DNA of 64,000 bases, from NCBI GenBank assembly GCA_000004985.1, contig GG738873.1; one strand, written 5' to 3'. Made by a program: the position numbers and the translations under genes. This document shows positions 51,201-64,000 of the stretch, piece after piece. The notes beneath the pieces were generated by a model that was given only the letters and a program-made list of their open reading frames with translations, was not told where the DNA came from and did not search any database. The first letter of the stretch is position 1. Every line of letters starts with the position of its first letter. The DNA comes from Naegleria gruberi (lineage: Eukaryota).

Positions 51201-54200
51201 NNNNNNNNNNNNNNNNNNNNNNNNNNNNNNNNNNNNNNNNNNNNNNNNNNNNNNNNNNNNNNNNNNNNNNNNNNNNNNNNNNNNNNNNNNNNNNNNNNNN
51301 NNNNNNNNNNNNNNNNNNNNNNNNNNNNNNNNNNNNNNNNNNNNNNNNNNNNNNNNNNNNNNNNNNNNNNNNNNNNNNNNNNNNNNNNNNNNNNNNNNNN
51401 NNNNNNNNNNNNNNNNNNNNNNNNNNNNNNNNNNNNNNNNNNNNNNNNNNNNNNNNNNNNNNNNNNNNNNNNNNNNNNNNNNNNNNNNNNNNNNNNNNNN
51501 NNNNNNNNNNNNNNNNNNNNNNNNNNNNNNNNNNNNNNNNNNNNNNNNNNNNNNNNNNNNNNNNNNNNNNNNNNNNNNNNNNNNNNNNNNNNNNNNNNNN
51601 NNNNNNNNNNNNNNNNNNNNNNNNNNNNNNNNNNNNNNNNNNNNNNNNNNNNNNNNNNNNNNNNNNNNNNNNNNNNNNNNNNNNNNNNNNNNNNNNNNNN
51701 NNNNNNNNNNNNNNNNNNNNNNNNNNNNNNNNNNNNNNNNNNNNNNNNNNNNNNNNNNNNNNNNNNNNNNNNNNNNNNNNNNNNNNNNNNNNNNNNNNNN
51801 NNNNNNNNNNNNNNNNNNNNNNNNNNNNNNNNNNNNNNNNNNNNNNNNNNNNNNNNNNNNNNNNNNNNNNNNNNNNNNNNNNNNNNNNNNNNNNNNNNNN
51901 NNNNNNNNNNNNNNNNNNNNNNNNNNNNNNNNNNNNNNNNNNNNNNNNNNNNNNNNNNNNNNNNNNNNNNNNNNNNNNNNNNNNNNNNNNNNNNNNNNNN
52001 NNNNNNNNNNNNNNNNNNNNNNNNNNNNNNNNNNNNNNNNNNNNNNNNNNNNNNNNNNNNNNNNNNNNNNNNNNNNNNNNNNNNNNNNNNNNNNNNNNNN
52101 NNNNNNNNNNNNNNNNNNNNNNNNNNNNNNNNNNNNNNNNNNNNNNNNNNNNNNNNNNNNNNNNNNNNNNNNNNNNNNNNNNNNNNNNNNNNNNNNNNNN
52201 NNNNNNNNNNNNNNNNNNNNNNNNNNNNNNNNNNNNNNNNNNNNNNNNNNNNNNNNNNNNNNNNNNNNNNNNNNNNNNNNNNNNNNNNNNNNNNNNNNNN
52301 NNNNNNNNNNNNNNNNNNNNNNNNNNNNNNNNNNNNNNNNNNNNNNNNNNNNNNNNNNNNNNNNNNNNNNNNNNNNNNNNNNNNNNNNNNNNNNNNNNNN
52401 NNNNNNNNNNNNNNNNNNNNNNNNNNNNNNNNNNNNNNNNNNNNNNNNNNNNNNNNNNNNNNNNNNNNNNNNNNNNNNNNNNNNNNNNNNNNNNNNNNNN
52501 NNNNNNNNNNNNNNNNNNNNNNNNNNNNNNNNNNNNNNNNNNNNNNNNNNNNNNNNNNNNNNNNNNNNNNNNNNNNNNNNNNNNNNNNNNNNNNNNNNNN
52601 NNNNNNNNNNNNNNNNNNNNNNNNNNNNNNNNNNNNNNNNNNNNNNNNNNNNNNNNNNNNNNNNNNNNNNNNNNNNNNNNNNNNNNNNNNNNNNNNNNNN
52701 NNNNNNNNNNNNNNNNNNNNNNNNNNNNNNNNNNNNNNNNNNNNNNNNNNNNNNNNNNNNNNNNNNNNNNNNNNNNNNNNNNNNNNNNNNNNNNNNNNNN
52801 NNNNNNNNNNNNNNNNNNNNNNNNNNNNNNNNNNNNNNNNNNNNNNNNNNNNNNNNNNNNNNNNNNNNNNNNNNNNNNNNNNNNNNNNNNNNNNNNNNNN
52901 NNNNNNNNNNNNNNNNNNNNNNNNNNNNNNNNNNNNNNNNNNNNNNNNNNNNNNNNNNNNNNNNNNNNNNNNNNNNNNNNNNNNNNNNNNNNNNNNNNNN
53001 NNNNNNNNNNNNNNNNNNNNNNNNNNNNNNNNNNNNNNNNNNNNNNNNNNNNNNNNNNNNNNNNNNNNNNNNNNNNNNNNNNNNNNNNNNNNNNNNNNNN
53101 NNNNNNNNNNNNNNNNNNNNNNNNNNNNNNNNNNNNNNNNNNNNNNNNNNNNNNNNNNNNNNNNNNNNNNNNNNNNNNNNNNNNNNNNNNNNNNNNNNNN
53201 NNNNNNNNNNNNNNNNNNNNNNNNNNNNNNNNNNNNNNNNNNNNNNNNNNNNNNNNNNNNNNNNNNNNNNNNNNNNNNNNNNNNNNNNNNNNNNNNNNNN
53301 NNNNNNNNNNNNNNNNNNNNNNNNNNNNNNNNNNNNNNNNNNNNNNNNNNNNNNNNNNNNNNNNNNNNNNNNNNNNNNNNNNNNNNNNNNNNNNNNNNNN
53401 NNNNNNNNNNNNNNNNNNNNNNNNNNNNNNNNNNNNNNNNNNNNNNNNNNNNNNNNNNNNNNNNNNNNNNNNNNNNNNNNNNNNNNNNNNNNNNNNNNNN
53501 NNNNNNNNNNNNNNNNNNNNNNNNNNNNNNNNNNNNNNNNNNNNNNNNNNNNNNNNNNNNNNNNNNNNNNNNNNNNNNNNNNNNNNNNNNNNNNNNNNNN
53601 NNNNNNNNNNNNNNNNNNNNNNNNNNNNNNNNNNNNNNNNNNNNNNNNNNNNNNNNNNNNNNNNNNNNNNNNNNNNNNNNNNNNNNNNNNNNNNNNNNNN
53701 NNNNNNNNNNNNNNNNNNNNNNNNNNNNNNNNNNNNNNNNNNNNNNNNNNNNNNNNNNNNNNNNNNNNNNNNNNNNNNNNNNNNNNNNNNNNNNNNNNNN
53801 NNNNNNNNNNNNNNNNNNNNNNNNNNNNNNNNNNNNNNNNNNNNNNNNNNNNNNNNNNNNNNNNNNNNNNNNNNNNNNNNNNNNNNNNNNNNNNNNNNNN
53901 NNNNNNNNNNNNNNNNNNNNNNNNNNNNNNNNNNNNNNNNNNNNNNNNNNNNNNNNNNNNNNNNNNNNNNNNNNNNNNNNNNNNNNNNNNNNNNNNNNNN
54001 NNNNNNNNNNNNNNNNNNNNNNNNNNNNNNNNNNNNNNNNNNNNNNNNNNNNNNNNNNNNNNNNNNNNNNNNNNNNNNNNNNNNNNNNNNNNNNNNNNNN
54101 NNNNNNNNNNNNNNNNNNNNNNNNNNNNNNNNNNNNNNNNNNNNNNNNNNNNNNNNNNNNNNNNNNNNNNNNNNNNNNNNNNNNNNNNNNNNNNNNNNNN

Positions 54201-57200
54201 NNNNNNNNNNNNNNNNNNNNNNNNNNNNNNNNNNNNNNNNNNNNNNNNNNNNNNNNNNNNNNNNNNNNNNNNNNNNNNNNNNNNNNNNNNNNNNNNNNNN
54301 NNNNNNNNNNNNNNNNNNNNNNNNNNNNNNNNNNNNNNNNNNNNNNNNNNNNNNNNNNNNNNNNNNNNNNNNNNNNNNNNNNNNNNNNNNNNNNNNNNNN
54401 NNNNNNNNNNNNNNNNNNNNNNNNNNNNNNNNNNNNNNNNNNNNNNNNNNNNNNNNNNNNNNNNNNNNNNNNNNNNNNNNNNNNNNNNNNNNNNNNNNNN
54501 NNNNNNNNNNNNNNNNNNNNNNNNNNNNNNNNNNNNNNNNNNNNNNNNNNNNNNNNNNNNNNNNNNNNNNNNNNNNNNNNNNNNNNNNNNNNNNNNNNNN
54601 NNNNNNNNNNNNNNNNNNNNNNNNNNNNNNNNNNNNNNNNNNNNNNNNNNNNNNNNNNNNNNNNNNNNNNNNNNNNNNNNNNNNNNNNNNNNNNNNNNNN
54701 NNNNNNNNNNNNNNNNNNNNNNNNNNNNNNNNNNNNNNNNNNNNNNNNNNNNNNNNNNNNNNNNNNNNNNNNNNNNNNNNNNNNNNNNNNNNNNNNNNNN
54801 NNNNNNNNNNNNNNNNNNNNNNNNNNNNNNNNNNNNNNNNNNNNNNNNNNNNNNNNNNNNNNNNNNNNNNNNNNNNNNNNNNNNNNNNNNNNNNNNNNNN
54901 NNNNNNNNNNNNNNNNNNNNNNNNNNNNNNNNNNNNNNNNNNNNNNNNNNNNNNNNNNNNNNNNNNNNNNNNNNNNNNNNNNNNNNNNNNNNNNNNNNNN
55001 NNNNNNNNNNNNNNNNNNNNNNNNNNNNNNNNNNNNNNNNNNNNNNNNNNNNNNNNNNNNNNNNNNNNNNNNNNNNNNNNNNNNNNNNNNNNNNNNNNNN
55101 NNNNNNNNNNNNNNNNNNNNNNNNNNNNNNNNNNNNNNNNNNNNNNNNNNNNNNNNNNNNNNNNNNNNNNNNNNNNNNNNNNNNNNNNNNNNNNNNNNNN
55201 NNNNNNNNNNNNNNNNNNNNNNNNNNNNNNNNNNNNNNNNNNNNNNNNNNNNNNNNNNNNNNNNNNNNNNNNNNNNNNNNNNNNNNNNNNNNNNNNNNNN
55301 NNNNNNNNNNNNNNNNNNNNNNNNNNNNNNNNNNNNNNNNNNNNNNNNNNNNNNNNNNNNNNNNNNNNNNNNNNNNNNNNNNNNNNNNNNNNNNNNNNNN
55401 NNNNNNNNNNNNNNNNNNNNNNNNNNNNNNNNNNNNNNNNNNNNNNNNNNNNNNNNNNNNNNNNNNNNNNNNNNNNNNNNNNNNNNNNNNNNNNNNNNNN
55501 NNNNNNNNNNNNNNNNNNNNNNNNNNNNNNNNNNNNNNNNNNNNNNNNNNNNNNNNNNNNNNNNNNNNNNNNNNNNNNNNNNNNNNNNNNNNNNNNNNNN
55601 NNNNNNNNNNNNNNNNNNNNNNNNNNNNNNNNNNNNNNNNNNNNNNNNNNNNNNNNNNNNNNNNNNNNNNNNNNNNNNNNNNNNNNNNNNNNNNNNNNNN
55701 NNNNNNNNNNNNNNNNNNNNNNNNNNNNNNNNNNNNNNNNNNNNNNNNNNNNNNNNNNNNNNNNNNNNNNNNNNNNNNNNNNNNNNNNNNNNNNNNNNNN
55801 NNNNNNNNNNNNNNNNNNNNNNNNNNNNNNNNNNNNNNNNNNNNNNNNNNNNNNNNNNNNNNNNNNNNNNNNNNNNNNNNNNNNNNNNNNNNNNNNNNNN
55901 NNNNNNNNNNNNNNNNNNNNNNNNNNNNNNNNNNNNNNNNNNNNNNNNNNNNNNNNNNNNNNNNNNNNNNNNNNNNNNNNNNNNNNNNNNNNNNNNNNNN
56001 NNNNNNNNNNNNNNNNNNNNNNNNNNNNNNNNNNNNNNNNNNNNNNNNNNNNNNNNNNNNNNNNNNNNNNNNNNNNNNNNNNNNNNNNNNNNNNNNNNNN
56101 NNNNNNNNNNNNNNNNNNNNNNNNNNNNNNNNNNNNNNNNNNNNNNNNNNNNNNNNNNNNNNNNNNNNNNNNNNNNNNNNNNNNNNNNNNNNNNNNNNNN
56201 NNNNNNNNNNNNNNNNNNNNNNNNNNNNNNNNNNNNNNNNNNNNNNNNNNNNNNNNNNNNNNNNNNNNNNNNNNNNNNNNNNNNNNNNNNNNNNNNNNNN
56301 NNNNNNNNNNNNNNNNNNNNNNNNNNNNNNNNNNNNNNNNNNNNNNNNNNNNNNNNNNNNNNNNNNNNNNNNNNNNNNNNNNNNNNNNNNNNNNNNNNNN
56401 NNNNNNNNNNNNNNNNNNNNNNNNNNNNNNNNNNNNNNNNNNNNNNNNNNNNNNNNNNNNNNNNNNNNNNNNNNNNNNNNNNNNNNNNNNNNNNNNNNNN
56501 NNNNNNNNNNNNNNNNNNNNNNNNNNNNNNNNNNNNNNNNNNNNNNNNNNNNNNNNNNNNNNNNNNNNNNNNNNNNNNNNNNNNNNNNNNNNNNNNNNNN
56601 NNNNNNNNNNNNNNNNNNNNNNNNNNNNNNNNNNNNNNNNNNNNNNNNNNNNNNNNNNNNNNNNNNNNNNNNNNNNNNNNNNNNNNNNNNNNNNNNNNNN
56701 NNNNNNNNNNNNNNNNNNNNNNNNNNNNNNNNNNNNNNNNNNNNNNNNNNNNNNNNNNNNNNNNNNNNNNNNNNNNNNNNNNNNNNNNNNNNNNNNNNNN
56801 NNNNNNNNNNNNNNNNNNNNNNNNNNNNNNNNNNNNNNNNNNNNNNNNNNNNNNNNNNNNNNNNNNNNNNNNNNNNNNNNNNNNNNNNNNNNNNNNNNNN
56901 NNNNNNNNNNNNNNNNNNNNNNNNNNNNNNNNNNNNNNNNNNNNNNNNNNNNNNNNNNNNNNNNNNNNNNNNNNNNNNNNNNNNNNNNNNNNNNNNNNNN
57001 NNNNNNNNNNNNNNNNNNNNNNNNNNNNNNNNNNNNNNNNNNNNNNNNNNNNNNNNNNNNNNNNNNNNNNNNNNNNNNNNNNNNNNNNNNNNNNNNNNNN
57101 NNNNNNNNNNNNNNNNNNNNNNNNNNNNNNNNNNNNNNNNNNNNNNNNNNNNNNNNNNNNNNNNNNNNNNNNNNNNNNNNNNNNNNNNNNNNNNNNNNNN

Positions 57201-60200
57201 NNNNNNNNNNNNNNNNNNNNNNNNNNNNNNNNNNNNNNNNNNNNNNNNNNNNNNNNNNNNNNNNNNNNNNNNNNNNNNNNNNNNNNNNNNNNNNNNNNNN
57301 NNNNNNNNNNNNNNNNNNNNNNNNNNNNNNNNNNNNNNNNNNNNNNNNNNNNNNNNNNNNNNNNNNNNNNNNNNNNNNNNNNNNNNNNNNNNNNNNNNNN
57401 NNNNNNNNNNNNNNNNNNNNNNNNNNNNNNNNNNNNNNNNNNNNNNNNNNNNNNNNNNNNNNNNNNNNNNNNNNNNNNNNNNNNNNNNNNNNNNNNNNNN
57501 NNNNNNNNNNNNNNNNNNNNNNNNNNNNNNNNNNNNNNNNNNNNNNNNNNNNNNNNNNNNNNNNNNNNNNNNNNNNNNNNNNNNNNNNNNNNNNNNNNNN
57601 NNNNNNNNNNNNNNNNNNNNNNNNNNNNNNNNNNNNNNNNNNNNNNNNNNNNNNNNNNNNNNNNNNNNNNNNNNNNNNNNNNNNNNNNNNNNNNNNNNNN
57701 NNNNNNNNNNNNNNNNNNNNNNNNNNNNNNNNNNNNNNNNNNNNNNNNNNNNNNNNNNNNNNNNNNNNNNNNNNNNNNNNNNNNNNNNNNNNNNNNNNNN
57801 NNNNNNNNNNNNNNNNNNNNNNNNNNNNNNNNNNNNNNNNNNNNNNNNNNNNNNNNNNNNNNNNNNNNNNNNNNNNNNNNNNNNNNNNNNNNNNNNNNNN
57901 NNNNNNNNNNNNNNNNNNNNNNNNNNNNNNNNNNNNNNNNNNNNNNNNNNNNNNNNNNNNNNNNNNNNNNNNNNNNNNNNNNNNNNNNNNNNNNNNNNNN
58001 NNNNNNNNNNNNNNNNNNNNNNNNNNNNNNNNNNNNNNNNNNNNNNNNNNNNNNNNNNNNNNNNNNNNNNNNNNNNNNNNNNNNNNNNNNNNNNNNNNNN
58101 NNNNNNNNNNNNNNNNNNNNNNNNNNNNNNNNNNNNNNNNNNNNNNNNNNNNNNNNNNNNNNNNNNNNNNNNNNNNNNNNNNNNNNNNNNNNNNNNNNNN
58201 NNNNNNNNNNNNNNNNNNNNNNNNNNNNNNNNNNNNNNNNNNNNNNNNNNNNNNNNNNNNNNNNNNNNNNNNNNNNNNNNNNNNNNNNNNNNNNNNNNNN
58301 NNNNNNNNNNNNNNNNNNNNNNNNNNNNNNNNNNNNNNNNNNNNNNNNNNNNNNNNNNNNNNNNNNNNNNNNNNNNNNNNNNNNNNNNNNNNNNNNNNNN
58401 NNNNNNNNNNNNNNNNNNNNNNNNNNNNNNNNNNNNNNNNNNNNNNNNNNNNNNNNNNNNNNNNNNNNNNNNNNNNNNNNNNNNNNNNNNNNNNNNNNNN
58501 NNNNNNNNNNNNNNNNNNNNNNNNNNNNNNNNNNNNNNNNNNNNNNNNNNNNNNNNNNNNNNNNNNNNNNNNNNNNNNNNNNNNNNNNNNNNNNNNNNNN
58601 NNNNNNNNNNNNNNNNNNNNNNNNNNNNNNNNNNNNNNNNNNNNNNNNNNNNNNNNNNNNNNNNNNNNNNNNNNNNNNNNNNNNNNNNNNNNNNNNNNNN
58701 NNNNNNNNNNNNNNNNNNNNNNNNNNNNNNNNNNNNNNNNNNNNNNNNNNNNNNNNNNNNNNNNNNNNNNNNNNNNNNNNNNNNNNNNNNNNNNNNNNNN
58801 NNNNNNNNNNNNNNNNNNNNNNNNNNNNNNNNNNNNNNNNNNNNNNNNNNNNNNNNNNNNNNNNNNNNNNNNNNNNNNNNNNNNNNNNNNNNNNNNNNNN
58901 NNNNNNNNNNNNNNNNNNNNNNNNNNNNNNNNNNNNNNNNNNNNNNNNNNNNNNNNNNNNNNNNNNNNNNNNNNNNNNNNNNNNNNNNNNNNNNNNNNNN
59001 NNNNNNNNNNNNNNNNNNNNNNNNNNNNNNNNNNNNNNNNNNNNNNNNNNNNNNNNNNNNNNNNNNNNNNNNNNNNNNNNNNNNNNNNNNNNNNNNNNNN
59101 NNNNNNNNNNNNNNNNNNNNNNNNNNNNNNNNNNNNNNNNNNNNNNNNNNNNNNNNNNNNNNNNNNNNNNNNNNNNNNNNNNNNNNNNNNNNNNNNNNNN
59201 NNNNNNNNNNNNNNNNNNNNNNNNNNNNNNNNNNNNNNNNNNNNNNNNNNNNNNNNNNNNNNNNNNNNNNNNNNNNNNNNNNNNNNNNNNNNNNNNNNNN
59301 NNNNNNNNNNNNNNNNNNNNNNNNNNNNNNNNNNNNNNNNNNNNNNNNNNNNNNNNNNNNNNNNNNNNNNNNNNNNNNNNNNNNNNNNNNNNNNNNNNNN
59401 NNNNNNNNNNNNNNNNNNNNNNNNNNNNNNNNNNNNNNNNNNNNNNNNNNNNNNNNNNNNNNNNNNNNNNNNNNNNNNNNNNNNNNNNNNNNNNNNNNNN
59501 NNNNNNNNNNNNNNNNNNNNNNNNNNNNNNNNNNNNNNNNNNNNNNNNNNNNNNNNNNNNNNNNNNNNNNNNNNNNNNNNNNNNNNNNNNNNNNNNNNNN
59601 NNNNNNNNNNNNNNNNNNNNNNNNNNNNNNNNNNNNNNNNNNNNNNNNNNNNNNNNNNNNNNNNNNNNNNNNNNNNNNNNNNNNNNNNNNNNNNNNNNNN
59701 NNNNNNNNNNNNNNNNNNNNNNNNNNNNNNNNNNNNNNNNNNNNNNNNNNNNNNNNNNNNNNNNNNNNNNNNNNNNNNNNNNNNNNNNNNNNNNNNNNNN
59801 NNNNNNNNNNNNNNNNNNNNNNNNNNNNNNNNNNNNNNNNNNNNNNNNNNNNNNNNNNNNNNNNNNNNNNNNNNNNNNNNNNNNNNNNNNNNNNNNNNNN
59901 NNNNNNNNNNNNNNNNNNNNNNNNNNNNNNNNNNNNNNNNNNNNNNNNNNNNNNNNNNNNNNNNNNNNNNNNNNNNNNNNNNNNNNNNNNNNNNNNNNNN
60001 NNNNNNNNNNNNNNNNNNNNNNNNNNNNNNNNNNNNNNNNNNNNNNNNNNNNNNNNNNNNNNNNNNNNNNNNNNNNNNNNNNNNNNNNNNNNNNNNNNNN
60101 NNNNNNNNNNNNNNNNNNNNNNNNNNNNNNNNNNNNNNNNNNNNNNNNNNNNNNNNNNNNNNNNNNNNNNNNNNNNNNNNNNNNNNNNNNNNNNNNNNNN

Positions 60201-63200
60201 NNNNNNNNNNNNNNNNNNNNNNNNNNNNNNNNNNNNNNNNNNNNNNNNNNNNNNNNNNNNNNNNNNNNNNNNNNNNNNNNNNNNNNNNNNNNNNNNNNNN
60301 NNNNNNNNNNNNNNNNNNNNNNNNNNNNNNNNNNNNNNNNNNNNNNNNNNNNNNNNNNNNNNNNNNNNNNNNNNNNNNNNNNNNNNNNNNNNNNNNNNNN
60401 NNNNNNNNNNNNNNNNNNNNNNNNNNNNNNNNNNNNNNNNNNNNNNNNNNNNNNNNNNNNNNNNNNNNNNNNNNNNNNNNNNNNNNNNNNNNNNNNNNNN
60501 NNNNNNNNNNNNNNNNNNNNNNNNNNNNNNNNNNNNNNNNNNNNNNNNNNNNNNNNNNNNNNNNNNNNNNNNNNNNNNNNNNNNNNNNNNNNNNNNNNNN
60601 NNNNNNNNNNNNNNNNNNNNNNNNNNNNNNNNNNNNNNNNNNNNNNNNNNNNNNNNNNNNNNNNNNNNNNNNNNNNNNNNNNNNNNNNNNNNNNNNNNNN
60701 NNNNNNNNNNNNNNNNNNNNNNNNNNNNNNNNNNNNNNNNNNNNNNNNNNNNNNNNNNNNNNNNNNNNNNNNNNNNNNNNNNNNNNNNNNNNNNNNNNNN
60801 NNNNNNNNNNNNNNNNNNNNNNNNNNNNNNNNNNNNNNNNNNNNNNNNNNNNNNNNNNNNNNNNNNNNNNNNNNNNNNNNNNNNNNNNNNNNNNNNNNNN
60901 NNNNNNNNNNNNNNNNNNNNNNNNNNNNNNNNNNNNNNNNNNNNNNNNNNNNNNNNNNNNNNNNNNNNNNNNNNNNNNNNNNNNNNNNNNNNNNNNNNNN
61001 NNNNNNNNNNNNNNNNNNNNNNNNNNNNNNNNNNNNNNNNNNNNNNNNNNNNNNNNNNNNNNNNNNNNNNNNNNNNNNNNNNNNNNNNNNNNNNNNNNNN
61101 NNNNNNNNNNNNNNNNNNNNNNNNNNNNNNNNNNNNNNNNNNNNNNNNNNNNNNNNNNNNNNNNNNNNNNNNNNNNNNNNNNNNNNNNNNNNNNNNNNNN
61201 NNNNNNNNNNNNNNNNNNNNNNNNNNNNNNNNNNNNNNNNNNNNNNNNNNNNNNNNNNNNNNNNNNNNNNNNNNNNNNNNNNNNNNNNNNNNNNNNNNNN
61301 NNNNNNNNNNNNNNNNNNNNNNNNNNNNNNNNNNNNNNNNNNNNNNNNNNNNNNNNNNNNNNNNNNNNNNNNNNNNNNNNNNNNNNNNNNNNNNNNNNNN
61401 NNNNNNNNNNNNNNNNNNNNNNNNNNNNNNNNNNNNNNNNNNNNNNNNNNNNNNNNNNNNNNNNNNNNNNNNNNNNNNNNNNNNNNNNNNNNNNNNNNNN
61501 NNNNNNNNNNNNNNNNNNNNNNNNNNNNNNNNNNNNNNNNNNNNNNNNNNNNNNNNNNNNNNNNNNNNNNNNNNNNNNNNNNNNNNNNNNNNNNNNNNNN
61601 NNNNNNNNNNNNNNNNNNNNNNNNNNNNNNNNNNNNNNNNNNNNNNNNNNNNNNNNNNNNNNNNNNNNNNNNNNNNNNNNNNNNNNNNNNNNNNNNNNNN
61701 NNNNNNNNNNNNNNNNNNNNNNNNNNNNNNNNNNNNNNNNNNNNNNNNNNNNNNNNNNNNNNNNNNNNNNNNNNNNNNNNNNNNNNNNNNNNNNNNNNNN
61801 NNNNNNNNNNNNNNNNNNNNNNNNNNNNNNNNNNNNNNNNNNNNNNNNNNNNNNNNNNNNNNNNNNNNNNNNNNNNNNNNNNNNNNNNNNNNNNNNNNNN
61901 NNNNNNNNNNNNNNNNNNNNNNNNNNNNNNNNNNNNNNNNNNNNNNNNNNNNNNNNNNNNNNNNNNNNNNNNNNNNNNNNNNNNNNNNNNNNNNNNNNNN
62001 NNNNNNNNNNNNNNNNNNNNNNNNNNNNNNNNNNNNNNNNNNNNNNNNNNNNNNNNNNNNNNNNNNNNNNNNNNNNNNNNNNNNNNNNNNNNNNNNNNNN
62101 NNNNNNNNNNNNNNNNNNNNNNNNNNNNNNNNNNNNNNNNNNNNNNNNNNNNNNNNNNNNNNNNNNNNNNNNNNNNNNNNNNNNNNNNNNNNNNNNNNNN
62201 NNNNNNNNNNNNNNNNNNNNNNNNNNNNNNNNNNNNNNNNNNNNNNNNNNNNNNNNNNNNNNNNNNNNNNNNNNNNNNNNNNNNNNNNNNNNNNNNNNNN
62301 NNNNNNNNNNNNNNNNNNNNNNNNNNNNNNNNNNNNNNNNNNNNNNNNNNNNNNNNNNNNNNNNNNNNNNNNNNNNNNNNNNNNNNNNNNNNNNNNNNNN
62401 NNNNNNNNNNNNNNNNNNNNNNNNNNNNNNNNNNNNNNNNNNNNNNNNNNNNNNNNNNNNNNNNNNNNNNNNNNNNNNNNNNNNNNNNNNNNNNNNNNNN
62501 NNNNNNNNNNNNNNNNNNNNNNNNNNNNNNNNNNNNNNNNNNNNNNNNNNNNNNNNNNNNNNNNNNNNNNNNNNNNNNNNNNNNNNNNNNNNNNNNNNNN
62601 NNNNNNNNNNNNNNNNNNNNNNNNNNNNNNNNNNNNNNNNNNNNNNNNNNNNNNNNNNNNNNNNNNNNNNNNNNNNNNNNNNNNNNNNNNNNNNNNNNNN
62701 NNNNNNNNNNNNNNNNNNNNNNNNNNNNNNNNNNNNNNNNNNNNNNNNNNNNNNNNNNNNNNNNNNNNNNNNNNNNNNNNNNNNNNNNNNNNNNNNNNNN
62801 NNNNNNNNNNNNNNNNNNNNNNNNNNNNNNNNNNNNNNNNNNNNNNNNNNNNNNNNNNNNNNNNNNNNNNNNNNNNNNNNNNNNNNNNNNNNNNNNNNNN
62901 NNNNNNNNNNNNNNNNNNNNNNNNNNNNNNNNNNNNNNNNNNNNNNNNNNNNNNNNNNNNNNNNNNNNNNNNNNNNNNNNNNNNNNNNNNNNNNNNNNNN
63001 NNNNNNNNNNNNNNNNNNNNNNNNNNNNNNNNNNNNNNNNNNNNNNNNNNNNNNNNNNNNNNNNNNNNNNNNNNNNNNNNNNNNNNNNNNNNNNNNNNNN
63101 NNNNNNNNNNNNNNNNNNNNNNNNNNNNNNNNNNNNNNNNNNNNNNNNNNNNNNNNNNNNNNNNNNNNNNNNNNNNNNNNNNNNNNNNNNNNNNNNNNNN

Positions 63201-64000
63201 NNNNNNNNNNNNNNNNNNNNNNNNNNNNNNNNNNNNNNNNNNNNNNNNNNNNNNNNNNNNNNNNNNNNNNNNNNNNNNNNNNNNNNNNNNNNNNNNNNNN
63301 NNNNNNNNNNNNNNNNNNNNNNNNNNNNNNNNNNNNNNNNNNNNNNNNNNNNNNNNNNNNNNNNNNNNNNNNNNNNNNNNNNNNNNNNNNNNNNNNNNNN
63401 NNNNNNNNNNNNNNNNNNNNNNNNNNNNNNNNNNNNNNNNNNNNNNNNNNNNNNNNNNNNNNNNNNNNNNNNNNNNNNNNNNNNNNNNNNNNNNNNNNNN
63501 NNNNNNNNNNNNNNNNNNNNNNNNNNNNNNNNNNNNNNNNNNNNNNNNNNNNNNNNNNNNNNNNNNNNNNNNNNNNNNNNNNNNNNNNNNNNNNNNNNNN
63601 NNNNNNNNNNNNNNNNNNNNNNNNNNNNNNNNNNNNNNNNNNNNNNNNNNNNNNNNNNNNNNNNNNNNNNNNNNNNNNNNNNNNNNNNNNNNNNNNNNNN
63701 NNNNNNNNNNNNNNNNNNNNNNNNNNNNNNNNNNNNNNNNNNNNNNNNNNNNNNNNNNNNNNNNNNNNNNNNNNNNNNNNNNNNNNNNNNNNNNNNNNNN
63801 NNNNNNNNNNNNNNNNNNNNNNNNNNNNNNNNNNNNNNNNNNNNNNNNNNNNNNNNNNNNNNNNNNNNNNNNNNNNNNNNNNNNNNNNNNNNNNNNNNNN
63901 NNNNNNNNNNNNNNNNNNNNNNNNNNNNNNNNNNNNNNNNNNNNNNNNNNNNNNNNNNNNNNNNNNNNNNNNNNNNNNNNNNNNNNNNNNNNNNNNNNNN
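15289..64000. other. Unsequenced or padded region (all N)
   Basis: Continuous n from 15289 to the window end. Nothing can be annotated. Confidence 0.99.

Noticed and set aside
15289-64000. Remaining 48.7 kb of the window
   Set aside because: Entirely N, so no inference is possible. It should not be read as a real 48-kb feature-free region.

Overview
Only positions 1-15288 contain real sequence; 14418-14467 and 15289-64000 are runs of N (assembly gaps or padding), about 76% of the window. The readable 15.3 kb is AT-rich (roughly one-third GC by eye) and looks like eukaryotic nuclear DNA from a draft assembly. Evidence for this: (TA)n microsatellites, GTAAGA/GTGAGT donor-like and TACTAAC/YAG acceptor-like intron signals, and extracellular-type proteins (Kelch, EGF-like, N-x-T sequon repeats). 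I cannot name the organism; an early-diverging fungus or a protist is plausible. The supplied ORF track accepts GTG/TTG as starts (ORFs at 26, 1153, 2204 and 10716 all begin on GTG/TTG), so several listed 'M' starts are not real ATGs and some ORFs are exons or 5'-truncated.

Supported content, in order:
- A Kelch-repeat gene running off the 5' window edge.
- An Hsp70-like, actin-fold ATPase mini-gene with a tandemly duplicated phosphate-1 motif.
- A Cys-rich ORF with a polybasic tail.
- An intact 423-aa Cre/Crypton-type tyrosine recombinase (YR) gene at 6671-7942. It sits between two about 600-bp diverged direct repeats (3325-3925 and 8957-9560) and is preceded by a compound palindrome and a foldback repeat.
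- Two hypothetical genes (10072-10716 minus, 11827-12954 plus).
- A second, different-lineage YR C-terminal relic (13441-13680 minus), abutting 48-bp perfect direct repeats and a pseudo-copy of another gene's 5' end.
- An EGF-like, heavily N-glycosylated tandem-repeat surface protein gene (14367-15288 minus) broken by gaps.

The most interesting hypothesis is a previously uncharacterised YR-encoding mobile element of about 6.2 kb with LTR-like direct repeats and no reverse transcriptase, lying next to the relic of a second YR element in a rearranged, repeat-rich accessory region. No rRNA, tRNA or CRISPR was detected.
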